Assembly (NCBI GenBank): GCA_965224705.1
Contig: OZ245056.1
Coordinates: 32,001-96,000 of the forward strand
DNA length: 64,000 nt
Direction: 5' to 3'
DNA from: Spirochaetaceae bacterium
GTDB taxonomy: Bacteria; Spirochaetota; Spirochaetia; DSM-2461
The position numbers were made by a program, and so were the translations under genes. Below, piece after piece: positions 39,901 through 48,793 of the stretch (position 1 is the stretch's first letter; every line of letters begins with the position of its first letter). The notes beneath the pieces were generated by a model that ran no database searches, had not been told where the DNA came from, and saw only the letters and a list, made by a program, of their open reading frames with translations.

Positions 39901-42685
39901 TCTCTCCGGTGCCGTTCCGCGCCGTCATGATGAAGTAATATTGACTGCCGGCGGCAAGAGGGCTTGACGGGGCGAACACCCTGGATCTCTCTGCGGTACC
40001 GGCAATCTCGCTGCCAAGGTTATTGGCCGCTGTAACGCCGGGACTGTCCGAATAGTAGATTGTGTAACGGGTCAGCGCCGCCGCTGTGCCCTGGAAATAG
40101 CCCTTGCTGGCGGGCTCATCCCAGCTTAGCGTCACCTCTCCATTGACAACCGCCGCTGAGAAGTTGGTGGGCTGCCCTGGCGGAACATCATCATAGGTCA
40201 CCTCCACATCAAAAGATCCATCCACTGAGCCAACATAGTTGCCTTTTGCGGCTGCGGTTATTGTGTATCTTGTTTCCCCGAAGTCGTTTCCCGTCTCCAC
40301 GGTAACGAGTCCTGTCGCCGCGTCGATTGATACACCTTGATTGACTTCCGGCCCCGGTCCCAATGACCTGGCGATAGTGAATGTCGCGGCATCAGACAAG
40401 CTATCGCCCGGCACCAGGAAATCATATGTAGGGGCGGCAGTCTTTCCAGTCGCCGCGCCCACACGCAGCTTCAGCGAAGCGTAGGACAGGGCCGCGCTCG
40501 AAATTGGCTTCGCCTCAATGGCTATGTCGTAGAGATTATCTACCGTTCCGGTGGTATCCGCTGAACTGGCCTGTACCGTTATACGATACGTGCCGGCCGC
40601 CAGGTTTTCTCTGACCGTTATTTCTCCATTTGATTCAATCTCAATTCCTTCTACTGGAGCCGCGAGGGCGAACTCAGTCGGCGTATTCGGTCCCGTGAGG
40701 TTATCGAAGGCCAGGGATATGGCCGCACCATCGCCGTAAGCTATGGACACCGGTATGTTGTGGGCGAAGTTTCCCCCTATCGCGGGCGTCTCTACTGTCA
40801 CGGAAATGAATCCAACCGATGAACCGGTATAGTTCCCCGCTGCTTTCGCGCTTGCGGTTACCTTGTACACGGTCGCGGCGAATGCGCTGGCTGTGTCTAC
40901 AAGGACAACTCCTGTATCCGATTCAATCGATACACCCGAACCCGCTGCCGGCCCCGAGCCGCCTATCCTGGCGATAGTGAAGGTTACAGCATCGGCCAAA
41001 CCATCGCCTGACACCAATGAGGCCGTCAGAGTACCCGCATCGGGAGCGGCAGATATTCCAACGGCGGCGCCTCTGTCCACCGTCAGCGGGGAGTAAGTGA
41101 AGCCTTCTACCGGGATCGGCTTTTTAGCAACTATTACATCGTAGGTTTTATCGACAGTTCCTGCGGTATCTGCTGAACTGGCTTTTATCGTTATGGGATA
41201 GGTATCGGCCGCCAGACCCGCTTCGACTGTTATCCTTCCAGTTGACTGTTCAACCTCTATGCCCGTGACTGATGGAGAAAGAATGAATTCGACGCTATTT
41301 CCTGTCAGAATGTTGGAAGACAGAGGTATCACCGCACCTGTTCCGTAAGTTATCGGTGGTATCTGATGGGAGAAGTCCCCTCCAATCTCACGTAAGTCTA
41401 TCATCACCGCCACATCGATGGTTCCGCTCGTTGAGCCGGTATAGTTACCATCGGCTTTCGCGGCCGCGGTTACGGTGTAACTTGTCTTCGCGAAGACGTT
41501 TCCTGTCTCGACAGTAACGAGTCCCGTTGCCGCGTCAATCGATACACCCGAATCCACTTCCGGCCCCGGACCGCTTAACCTGGCAAGGGAGAACGTGAGG
41601 GCGTCCGCCAGAGTATCGCCTGAAACCAATAAACCAGCCGTATTGGGGGCGGCAGCCGTTCCATCGACAGCATCCTTGACGGCCGTCAATGCAGCGTAAG
41701 ATAGGGTTTCTCCCGTGAGGAGTTTCTTGCTCACAGTTATTTCGTAACTCTCGCCGATGGATCCTTCCGTCCCCGGCGAGTCGGCTTTTACTGTTATTGG
41801 ATGAACGCCGGCCGCCAGAGTCTCTTTGACTGTGATAGTCCCGCTTGACGGGTCAATCCTTACTCCTAAAACCTCAGGATCGAGAGTAAATGTGACATCT
41901 GTTTCTGTGATGGTATTGGAATCCACGCCGATTTCCGCGCCCGCCCCGTAAACGATCGTCAATGGCATGGTGTAGGCGAAATCCCCCGTTATCGCGGGCA
42001 GGCGAGGCGCCACTACTACGGGATGGAATACCCTGATATCCGATTTACTGCCTCTGAATATGGCGGCTATCAGTTCGCCGGTCTCGTCCTCATCCCCCAT
42101 GGGTGGACGTGAGACTCTGGCCGTGTAACTGCCGCCGTCGGCAGACGGATTCACGATTTCGATGGCAGGATTCGTGGTGACCCAGGTAATGACGCTGTCG
42201 TACAGACCAGCACCGGGAAGTGTGAAGTCGGAGGTAACCGCATCTTCTGTATCCCCATCGGCGTAGGTGATGCGCAGAGCCAGACTGTCGATATCGACGG
42301 CAACTGCGTCGTCAGGAAGCTCTCGCTCCACGGTTGGAAAGAATGCTTTGGTGACTGATGCGCCGCCCCTGGAAATAGTGGCGGTGAGAATGACGCGCTT
42401 ATCCTCTTCGGTGAAGGCTGGCCGGGTAACAGTACCATCCGCGGCTATGGCGCTGCTGTCAGAAGATTTCCAGCTAATGGCAACATCGTTTTCGCCGGTT
42501 TTCGGAAGGACGATGTCGGCTGTGACCGAATTCTCGGTATCAGGACTCGTGTATCCGATTTGCAGTGCCGCCCTGACAGCCGCGATGGCTTCGGCATCGG
42601 TCGGGCCGCCTGATGGATTCGTGCAAACGGCCAGAAGGGAAATAATTAAAGCAAGAGCAAGAAACTTGAACGTAATTCTAAGCAC
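36947..42685 (-). CDS. Giant surface lipoprotein/adhesin: Ig-like domains, 3x stalk repeats, about 8 fibronectin type III repeats, C-terminal DUF285 (BspA-like) repeats
   Basis: Lipobox LLAVC; PGxPTxVSA..VTLSW..YxIYYS..TQYYF..ASN units; FNQDIGGWDVGNVENMQGMF repeats. Confidence 0.9.
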   Translation of the reverse strand: MLRITFKFLALALIISLLAVCTNPSGGPTDAEAIAAVRAALQIGYTSPDTENSVTADIVLPKTGENDVAISWKSSDSSAIAADGTVTRPAFTEEDKRVILTATISRGGASVTKAFFPTVERELPDDAVAVDIDSLALRITYADGDTEDAVTSDFTLPGAGLYDSVITWVTTNPAIEIVNPSADGGSYTARVSRPPMGDEDETGELIAAIFRGSKSDIRVFHPVVVAPRLPAITGDFAYTMPLTIVYGAGAEIGVDSNTITETDVTFTLDPEVLGVRIDPSSGTITVKETLAAGVHPITVKADSPGTEGSIGESYEITVSKKLLTGETLSYAALTAVKDAVDGTAAAPNTAGLLVSGDTLADALTFSLARLSGPGPEVDSGVSIDAATGLVTVETGNVFAKTSYTVTAAAKADGNYTGSTSGTIDVAVMIDLREIGGDFSHQIPPITYGTGAVIPLSSNILTGNSVEFILSPSVTGIEVEQSTGRITVEAGLAADTYPITIKASSADTAGTVDKTYDVIVAKKPIPVEGFTYSPLTVDRGAAVGISAAPDAGTLTASLVSGDGLADAVTFTIARIGGSGPAAGSGVSIESDTGVVLVDTASAFAATVYKVTASAKAAGNYTGSSVGFISVTVETPAIGGNFAHNIPVSIAYGDGAAISLAFDNLTGPNTPTEFALAAPVEGIEIESNGEITVRENLAAGTYRITVQASSADTTGTVDNLYDIAIEAKPISSAALSYASLKLRVGAATGKTAAPTYDFLVPGDSLSDAATFTIARSLGPGPEVNQGVSIDAATGLVTVETGNDFGETRYTITAAAKGNYVGSVDGSFDVEVTYDDVPPGQPTNFSAAVVNGEVTLSWDEPASKGYFQGTAAALTRYTIYYSDSPGVTAANNLGSEIAGTAERSRVFAPSSPLAAGSQYYFIMTARNGTGESPPTSEVSAFTDAVPGVPTGVSTMGGDGQVTLSWTAPASRGYYNGVPASLGDYTIYYSTNSNVSTSSSSVTAGPDRTSRVVDSLNDGTQYYFLIRASNGAGDGLLTPAAPTFTDAVPGEPTGVSAMGGSGKASLSWTAPDSRGYHSGVEASLGEYRIYYSASANVSTSDPSIPAASDETSKVVNNLFGGTQYYFLIRASNGTGDGPLTAPVSTFTDAVPGAPTNVSAIGGNGQVTLSWDAPAFEGYYRGTAASLDDYTIYYSTSANVSTSSSSVTADSGKTSKVVSGLNGGTQYYFMMRASNGGGNSPLTSKVSTFTDAAPGVPTGVSARGGNGQVTLSWSAPAFTGYDSGVSASLSDYRIYYSASANVSASSPSVTAGSDETSKMVNNLNGGTQYYFRMTASNGAGEGSLTSPVSTFTDAAPGAPTIRVSTTQTGVKLDWEVSDTGYDGGTEATLTRIDIYYADSANVGLVSSQYDGTTSIVTSNPIGSENITIDAPGTPYYFIATAANTVGVSTASSEQSVTLNSRPGVPASVSGTVTDTTVTLNWAAPTYTGYYGGALTPLTDYSIYYSKTASFSISNPEGTETAGSGDTSITVTGLTAGTTYYFIMTASNAAGKGVETNPLPMIPGIKPDSPASVSAAAGHGEVTLNWAAPVNKGTPPTLTGYTVYYSTDANVSTAAAAKVMAGPGDTSMVVPGLKNRTLYYFIITASNNAGESNAANAVSATPLADTFSYGTADAVRTLKDAEFSVMPTWERGTVPDGLQNYEISPSTLPAGITFNFSTGELEGTPTALAIKDYTITAHIGGEIVSTPPTTLLVYARPTGKNELVTLLEAEINRQGSNGDFQTIDTSSITDMSDLFNPIHNSWGAEFNGDISSWDVSNVTNMATMFFDASQFNQDIGGWDVGNVENMQGMFFNASQFNQNIGGWNVGKVTNMGSMFGLAAAFDQNLENWAVSPSSINPNLDRSNMFTGSGMAGSPPTWF
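38645..39950 (-). repeat. 306-bp (102-aa) tandem Fn3-coding repeats
   Basis: CGTAAACG anchor recurs at 38645, 38951, 39257, 39563, 39869. Confidence 0.9.
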
Positions 42686-42852
42686 TGTACCAACCCCTAC
42701 CTGGCTTGAGTCCTTGTGACAAGCCTACGGCTTGCTGTCATTTAGGCTCACCTTAAGGGAAACCATATCATGGACTCCCTGAGGGAGAGCAAGCATATCG
42801 GGAATACGCTGGAATCATTGTACAGACCCCATGTTCCTGTACACTTTCACAA

Positions 42853-42881
42853 AGTATACTCAATATTGCGGCCCTTGTCAA
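42853..42881 (-). promoter_or_regulatory. Sigma70-type promoter for the adhesin gene
   Basis: Minus strand TTGACA-17 nt-TATACT. Confidence 0.75.
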
Positions 42882-43108
42882 AGGAAAACTCGCCCCCATA
42901 GAAATTCCCCAACCGCCTTCGACATTCGGACCGGCGACCAATTAGCGGCCTGGGTCATTGCGAAGGAAAGCGATACGAAATCCCTGAGATCGGGTTGAAT
43001 CGGTCGGCTAAGTTCTTCATCGTTGAAGATATGCACCACTACCGCTTTTCAGGTGATACTTTTCTTACGGGTTTTATGCAATAGTTGAAGTAGGACAGAA
43101 ATTCAAAG

Positions 43109-43942
43109 ATGAGTGCCGATTCTATGAGATTTTTTCAATCCGAATGGATATTGAACATCCCCAGAGATCAATACATTGATGCCATCAGGGTGGTCTGCCG
43201 TCCTGGAAGCGAAATGCTCACCCTCCCCGAATGCTCCATGGTATTTCCCCATCTTGAAGACCTGGGCTGGATCGACCCGGCATGGCCGCGATGGGGAATC
43301 GGAACTCTCGATGGACGCCTTCTTGCCATGACACCGGCACCTGGAAACGCCCGGGCACCGGAAGGGATGGATTGGCGGAGACTTCGAAATCTTCTGCCAT
43401 TTTTGCAGCCGGGAGAAACAGAAGCTCTGTGCCGGGCCTCCATGCTGGCCAGTTGGAACGACCATCACCGCTACTGCGGCCGCTGCGGGACTCCCACTGA
43501 ACTCGACCCGGGTGAAGCCGCCAGGGTCTGCCCGGCCTGCGGCCACCGGGCCTATCCGCGAATATCTCCGGCTATGATCGTCAGGATAACGGATGGCCGC
43601 CGAATACTTCTGGCGCACAATAAACGCTTTCCATCCGGTGTCTACAGTTGTGTGGCCGGTTATACCGATCCCGGGGAAACCCTCGAACGCACAATTCTGC
43701 GGGAGATAAAGGAAGAGGTGGGGCTGGAAGCCGAGGCGCCGCGCTATGTGACCTCCCAGGCCTGGCCCTTCCCTCATTCCCTGATGCTGGGATTCGAGAC
43801 AACCGCCAGAGGGGAACCGATACCCGATGGCGTGGAGATTTTAGACGCCCAATGGTTCGATGCCCACCGTCTTCCCCCCATTCCGCGCCCCGGCACCATC
43901 GCCCGGTATCTTATTGATCTCTGGTTAGAGGGACTCGGCTGA
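43109..43942 (+). CDS. nudC: NAD(H) pyrophosphatase / NAD-cap decapping Nudix hydrolase
   Basis: CGRCG..CPACG zinc ribbon, Nudix box GETLERTILREIKEEVG, SQAWPFPHS. Confidence 0.92.
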   Translation: MSADSMRFFQSEWILNIPRDQYIDAIRVVCRPGSEMLTLPECSMVFPHLEDLGWIDPAWPRWGIGTLDGRLLAMTPAPGNARAPEGMDWRRLRNLLPFLQPGETEALCRASMLASWNDHHRYCGRCGTPTELDPGEAARVCPACGHRAYPRISPAMIVRITDGRRILLAHNKRFPSGVYSCVAGYTDPGETLERTILREIKEEVGLEAEAPRYVTSQAWPFPHSLMLGFETTARGEPIPDGVEILDAQWFDAHRLPPIPRPGTIARYLIDLWLEGLG

Positions 43943-44125
43943 TTCCGCATAACCGTTTATACTCCGCTGTGTGGGCAAAATGTGGTCAAGAGGATGCACG
44001 GCTTGATGCCTGCCTCATTCCCTCTCGATGGGAATTTCTAAATAAGGATTGATGTTTTTATCATTAGTCTTTACTCTAGCCAGATGGGGGGACTGAGGTC
44101 CCACGAAAAAATCAAAGGAGTTTTT

Positions 44126-45151
44126 ATGAAAAAAACACTACTCGTTCTCGCTATCATTCTGATGGCGATGCCCGCCATGCTGCTTGCAAACGGCGGATCC
44201 GACAAGGGTGCGGATGACAGCCTGGTCATTGGTGCTAACATCTACAGCTTTGCCGACAATTTTATGAATGGTGTGATGAAACCTGAACTTGAACGCTACG
44301 CTGCCGAGAAGGGCGTAGCAATCGATATCGTCGATTCAGAAGGTCAACAGGCCAAACTGAACGACCAGGTTGATGTTTTTATCACCAAGGGTGTTGATGT
44401 TCTTGCTATTAACCTTGTCGACCCCGCATCCGCAACGACCATCATCGACAAAGCAAAGGCTGCCGGTATTCCCCTGATCCTTTTCAATAAGGAACCAACT
44501 GAAGCCGGTGCTATGGGTTCCTATGACAAAGTCTGGTATGTTGGTACTAATTCGGCCGAGTCTGGAATAATACAGGGCGAAATGATGGTAAACGACTGGA
44601 AAGCCAATCCTGATTGGGATAAGAACGGTGATGCTACAGTCCAGTACGTCCTGCTCAAAGGAGAACCTGGACATCCCGATGCTGAGGCACGGACAATAGA
44701 ATCGGTCAAAGCTTTTAGAGATGCCGGCATCTCTGTTGAAGAACTGGCTCTTGAAGCCGATCCCAACTGGTCAACTCAGCATGGTAACGATAAAATGGCC
44801 ACATGGCTGACTTCTTCCTTTGGCGGAGACATTGAACTGGTTATCTGCAACAACGATGGTATGGCTTTTGGCGCAATCAATGCACTCAAAGCTGCCGGCA
44901 CAATGCTCCCCCTCTACGGTGTGGACGCGCTGGATCAGGCTCTAACTCATATCGCCGATGGCGAAATGAATGGAACCGTTTTGAATGACGGAGTTAATCA
45001 GTCCCGGGCTACTATTGATCTTGCTATCAACGCTGCCATGGGCAAGGATGTTACTTCCGGAACCAACTGGGTTGTTGAGAATCAGACAACGAAAGCTGTT
45101 CGGGTTGCATACGTTGCCGTAACTCCCGATAACTACGAGGATTTCCGCTAA
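44126..45151 (+). CDS. mglB: Galactose/glucose ABC substrate-binding protein
   Basis: YSFADNFM, LLKGEPGHPDAEART, NNDGMAFGA; ATG 44126 after AAAGGAG. Confidence 0.88.
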   Translation: MKKTLLVLAIILMAMPAMLLANGGSDKGADDSLVIGANIYSFADNFMNGVMKPELERYAAEKGVAIDIVDSEGQQAKLNDQVDVFITKGVDVLAINLVDPASATTIIDKAKAAGIPLILFNKEPTEAGAMGSYDKVWYVGTNSAESGIIQGEMMVNDWKANPDWDKNGDATVQYVLLKGEPGHPDAEARTIESVKAFRDAGISVEELALEADPNWSTQHGNDKMATWLTSSFGGDIELVICNNDGMAFGAINALKAAGTMLPLYGVDALDQALTHIADGEMNGTVLNDGVNQSRATIDLAINAAMGKDVTSGTNWVVENQTTKAVRVAYVAVTPDNYEDFR

Positions 45152-45178
45152 GCCATCTGGTTTTTCGAATCATTTTCC

Positions 45179-45210
45179 TGCAGGAAGAAGTCATCTGACC
45201 TCTTCCTGCA
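45179..45210 (+). terminator. Intercistronic stem-loop between mglB and mglA
   Basis: TGCAGGAAGA...TCTTCCTGCA, 10-bp outer stem. Confidence 0.55.
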
Positions 45211-45234
45211 ATCCTTTGAAGGAAGGCCGGAGGC

Positions 45235-46764
45235 ATGAGTCAATCGCAGGAATATCTTCTGACCATAAAGGAACTCAGCAAGTCTTTTTCCGGGAATAAA
45301 GTACTGGACAATGTAGAGCTGAATGTCCGTTCTGGAACAGTTCATTCCCTCATGGGAGAAAACGGATCCGGGAAGTCAACAATGATGAAATGCCTGTTTG
45401 GTATATACCATCAGGATTCAGGAAAATTCTTCCTTAAGGGCAGCCCTGTTAACTTCAATGATCCAAAACACGCCCTTGAAAATGGTGTTTCCATGGTTCA
45501 CCAGGAACTGAATCAGGTTACCAAACGCAGTATTTCAGACAATATCTGGCTGGGACGCTACCCAAAAACCGGTCTATTCGTCGACGAACGCAGGATGTAC
45601 AGGAATACCAGGGCCTTATTCGACAAACTGGGTATTCACCTGAATCCGGATTTAAAGCTGGAAACACTTTCAGTTTCCCAGAGGCAGATGGTGGAAATTG
45701 CCAAGGCTGTTTCCTATGATGCCAGAATCATTGTTCTGGATGAACCAACTTCTTCGCTGACGGAAAACGAAGTGGAGATGCTTTTTGGCATCATCAATGT
45801 TCTTAAAAGCGAAGGTGTCGGCATCATCTACATCTCCCACAAAATGGATGAAATCTTTAGAATATCCGACGATGTTACGGTGCTCAGGGATGGGCAGTAT
45901 ATCGGAACTGACACCATAGAAAATCTGACGATGGACAAGATTATCAACATGATGGTTGGGCGGGATCTTGACCACCGCTTCCCGCCCAGAACCAATGTGC
46001 CGGGTGCGGTCCATATGGAGGTGAGAAATCTCAAAACTAAATTCCCGCCGATTGTCCGTGATATAAGCTTTACAGTCCGCCGGGGAGAGATACTCGGAGT
46101 AGCCGGACTGGTTGGTGCCGGACGAACTGAAATGGTGGAATCTATCTTCGGAGCCCGAACCCGGGAAAGCGGTGATATTTTCATTGACGGCAGAAAAATA
46201 GACAATAGCTATCCAGGAAAATCAATCAACAATCATTTTGCCCTTCTTACCGAAGAACGACGGAGTACCGGTATCTATCCTGTGGGTGATATCACTTTCA
46301 ATTCATGTATTGCCAATATCAAATCCTACAGGAACAGGCTCGGCTATCTGAACGACAATGCGATGAAGGAAGATACAGACAAGCAGATATCCGATATGCG
46401 TATCAAAACGCCCAACCGCCATGAGCAGATCCGGAATCTTTCGGGAGGGAATCAGCAGAAGGTTATTATCGGCCGCTGGCTTCTGACCAATCCTGATGTG
46501 CTGCTTCTGGACGAACCGACACGGGGTATTGATGTGGGGGCAAAATATGAAATCTATCAGCTCATTATCACTCTGGCTGAATCCGGGAAGTCTGTGATTG
46601 TGGTATCTTCGGAAATGCCCGAACTGATTGGAATAACGAACCGGATAATGGTATTGAGCAACGGCCGCATGGCTGGTATCGTTGAAACAGATAAAACTGA
46701 CCAGACTGAGATTTTCAATCTTGCGATGAAACATTTAAGCAACAGCAAAGAGGCGGAAATTTAA
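45235..46764 (+). CDS. mglA: Galactoside ABC ATPase
   Basis: [18 protein letters not shown], two NBDs, LSGGNQQKV. Confidence 0.9.
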   Translation: MSQSQEYLLTIKELSKSFSGNKVLDNVELNVRSGTVHSLMGENGSGKSTMMKCLFGIYHQDSGKFFLKGSPVNFNDPKHALENGVSMVHQELNQVTKRSISDNIWLGRYPKTGLFVDERRMYRNTRALFDKLGIHLNPDLKLETLSVSQRQMVEIAKAVSYDARIIVLDEPTSSLTENEVEMLFGIINVLKSEGVGIIYISHKMDEIFRISDDVTVLRDGQYIGTDTIENLTMDKIINMMVGRDLDHRFPPRTNVPGAVHMEVRNLKTKFPPIVRDISFTVRRGEILGVAGLVGAGRTEMVESIFGARTRESGDIFIDGRKIDNSYPGKSINNHFALLTEERRSTGIYPVGDITFNSCIANIKSYRNRLGYLNDNAMKEDTDKQISDMRIKTPNRHEQIRNLSGGNQQKVIIGRWLLTNPDVLLLDEPTRGIDVGAKYEIYQLIITLAESGKSVIVVSSEMPELIGITNRIMVLSNGRMAGIVETDKTDQTEIFNLAMKHLSNSKEAEI

Positions 46765-47816
46765 TGCAACTCTCCATTGGGAATATAAAGACCTGGAATC
46801 GACAAGACTGGGGCGATTTCTTCATTCGAAATGCTATCTACCTGGTTATTCTGGCTCTAATCGCAGCTATTATTATCATGGAACCAAAATTCCTTTCCCT
46901 GCGAGTTTTAGAAAATGTTCTAACACAGTCAGCGGTCCGGTTGATTCTGGCTCTGGGTGTGGCGGGAATTATAATCCTCCAGGGCACAGATCTTTCTCTC
47001 GGCAGAATGGTTGGTCTGGCTGCTGTTGTTTCGGCATCCATGCTTCAGCGGGCTGACTATGCCGGTAAGTTTTATCCGGGCCTGGAGAACATGCCCCTTC
47101 TATTGCCAATGATAGCGGCTATGGCTGCCTGTGTACTATTTTCGGCCATCAGCGGCTGGGTGACCGCCAAGTTTCATATTCATCCATTTCTATCGACCAT
47201 GGGCATGATGACTATTCTCTACGGTGTGATTCAAATCTATTTCGACTTTGGTTCTGGTGGTGCTCAACCCATTGGCGGTCATTTAAGAGCATACACAAAA
47301 ATAGCTACCGGCCGGTTTTTTGAGTTCTCCGCAGGCGGAGCGAAAGTCGGAGTGCCATACATCGTCATTATTGCCGCCGTCGTGTCAATGATTATCTGGC
47401 TTATCTGGAACAAAACGACCTTCGGGAAGAATATGTATGCGGTGGGAGGCAATCCTGAGGCCGCCAAAGTTTCCGGCGTCAACGTTATGACAACGACCAT
47501 TATGGTGTATATTATGGCTGGTGTACTCTATGGTATCGGCGGTTATCTGGAAGCTGCCCGTATCGGTTCAGCCAACCCGAGTACCGGTTTTGGTTACGAG
47601 CTGGATGCCATTGCCGCCTGCGTTGTCGGAGGTATCTCGTTCTCGGGAGGTATCGGCAAAGTCTCCGGTGCTGTTGCCGGTGTGCTGATGTTCACCATTA
47701 TCTCCTACGGTATGACTTTCGTCGGCCTTGATCAGTACTATCAGTACATTATCAAGGGTGTAATCATCATTGCGGCCGTGGCACTGGATACCCGGAAATA
47801 CCTCAAGAAAGTCTGA
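46764..47816 (+). CDS. mglC: Galactoside ABC permease
   Basis: GTDLSLGR, YAVGGNPEAAKVSGVNV, YELDAIAACVVGG. Confidence 0.88.
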   Translation: MQLSIGNIKTWNRQDWGDFFIRNAIYLVILALIAAIIIMEPKFLSLRVLENVLTQSAVRLILALGVAGIIILQGTDLSLGRMVGLAAVVSASMLQRADYAGKFYPGLENMPLLLPMIAAMAACVLFSAISGWVTAKFHIHPFLSTMGMMTILYGVIQIYFDFGSGGAQPIGGHLRAYTKIATGRFFEFSAGGAKVGVPYIVIIAAVVSMIIWLIWNKTTFGKNMYAVGGNPEAAKVSGVNVMTTTIMVYIMAGVLYGIGGYLEAARIGSANPSTGFGYELDAIAACVVGGISFSGGIGKVSGAVAGVLMFTIISYGMTFVGLDQYYQYIIKGVIIIAAVALDTRKYLKKV

Positions 47817-47863
47817 ATCATCCTGAGTGGCCGATGGTATGACATACAAATCGGATTGAAAAA

Positions 47864-48331
47864 TTACAGTTTTCTACCGAGTCTCTTTTCTACCTGTCTT
47901 TTTTCCCACTCAGCTCCAAATATCCTGAACTTACTGAAAACCCTGAAACCGTGAATGAAGAGCCCCAGTCCCCAGCCCATAGCCGGCCACTTAGCCCAGA
48001 TGTATTCAGGCCCGGCAATAAGATTGATTGCAAAAAGTAATGCCATCACACATCCATAGCTAATAAGATGACCATAAAAGCCTTTTTCATTCTGAACCTG
48101 GGCAAATGCCATCTCTTCCTCCTTAGAAACGCCGTTGTTATCCATAGTCTCCTCCCGCTGAAAATCAGCAGCCTCCATATCGAAAACAGCAGCAAGGCAT
48201 TTCAGAGAATCAAGACCGGGATTAGCACCTTTTTCTATTCTCTGGATGGTTCTGACGCTTAATCCGCTGAATTCGGCAAGATCGGATTGGGACCAGCCTC
48301 TTTTCAGTCTCAGTTTCTTTACTATCAGCAC
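47864..48331 (-). CDS. XRE-family HTH regulator fused to a 2TM domain
   Basis: GWSQSDLAEFSGLSVRTIQRIE; GFYGHL...WPAMGWGLGLFIH. Confidence 0.85.
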   Translation of the reverse strand: MLIVKKLRLKRGWSQSDLAEFSGLSVRTIQRIEKGANPGLDSLKCLAAVFDMEAADFQREETMDNNGVSKEEEMAFAQVQNEKGFYGHLISYGCVMALLFAINLIAGPEYIWAKWPAMGWGLGLFIHGFRVFSKFRIFGAEWEKRQVEKRLGRKL

Positions 48332-48451
48332 CGTTCACCTCCAGCTGTATCTTATGGCGGGATTTATAATCTGGATATGTCCTGAATCATACGACAGATT
48401 GGCGACAATTGGGAGACTGTCATGTCTCTGTCCTATTCCTGTCTATACAGG

Positions 48452-48586
48452 GAGCCTGTCGGACTTACACCTCACGGTTTGATTTCTGTCCTTCTCCGTT
48501 TTTACCCACCTGTCGGCGGCCAGGTCGCCTTGCATCAGGAAGAAATCATTAAAAACTGCCTTGAAACCATAAAGTTCGACAGATTC
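48452..48586. mobile_element. MITE family A, diverged copy of about 135 bp
   Basis: GAGCCTGTCGGACTTAC...AAAGTTCGACAGATTC. Confidence 0.8.
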
Positions 48587-48600
48587 CCAGGTTCAACATT

Positions 48601-48757
48601 CTAACTTCTAAGTTTCCCCGAAGACAGCAATTACTCTTTTCGTTCTTCACTACTGACTTTGTGCTTAGCCGCTGTAAATGAATCGGAATTTCCGATAGAT
48701 TCAGTTTCGTATAGATTTCCTGATGAAGAATTTCTAATTCGATAAATTGACGAATCG
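48601..48757 (-). pseudogene. Possible 3' remnant of an IS1634-like transposase with terminal repeat
   Basis: Minus strand reads IRQFIELEILHQEIYTKLNLSEIPIHLQRLSTKSVV then ...GAAGTTAG; resemblance judged from memory only. Confidence 0.35.
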
Positions 48758-48793
48758 AACACAGAACAACACAATAGTAGTAGGAGTTTTTCT

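Noticed and set aside
43103..43777. 224-aa ORF antisense to nudC and other long antisense ORFs
   Set aside because: Shadow ORFs of GC-rich genes with no motifs
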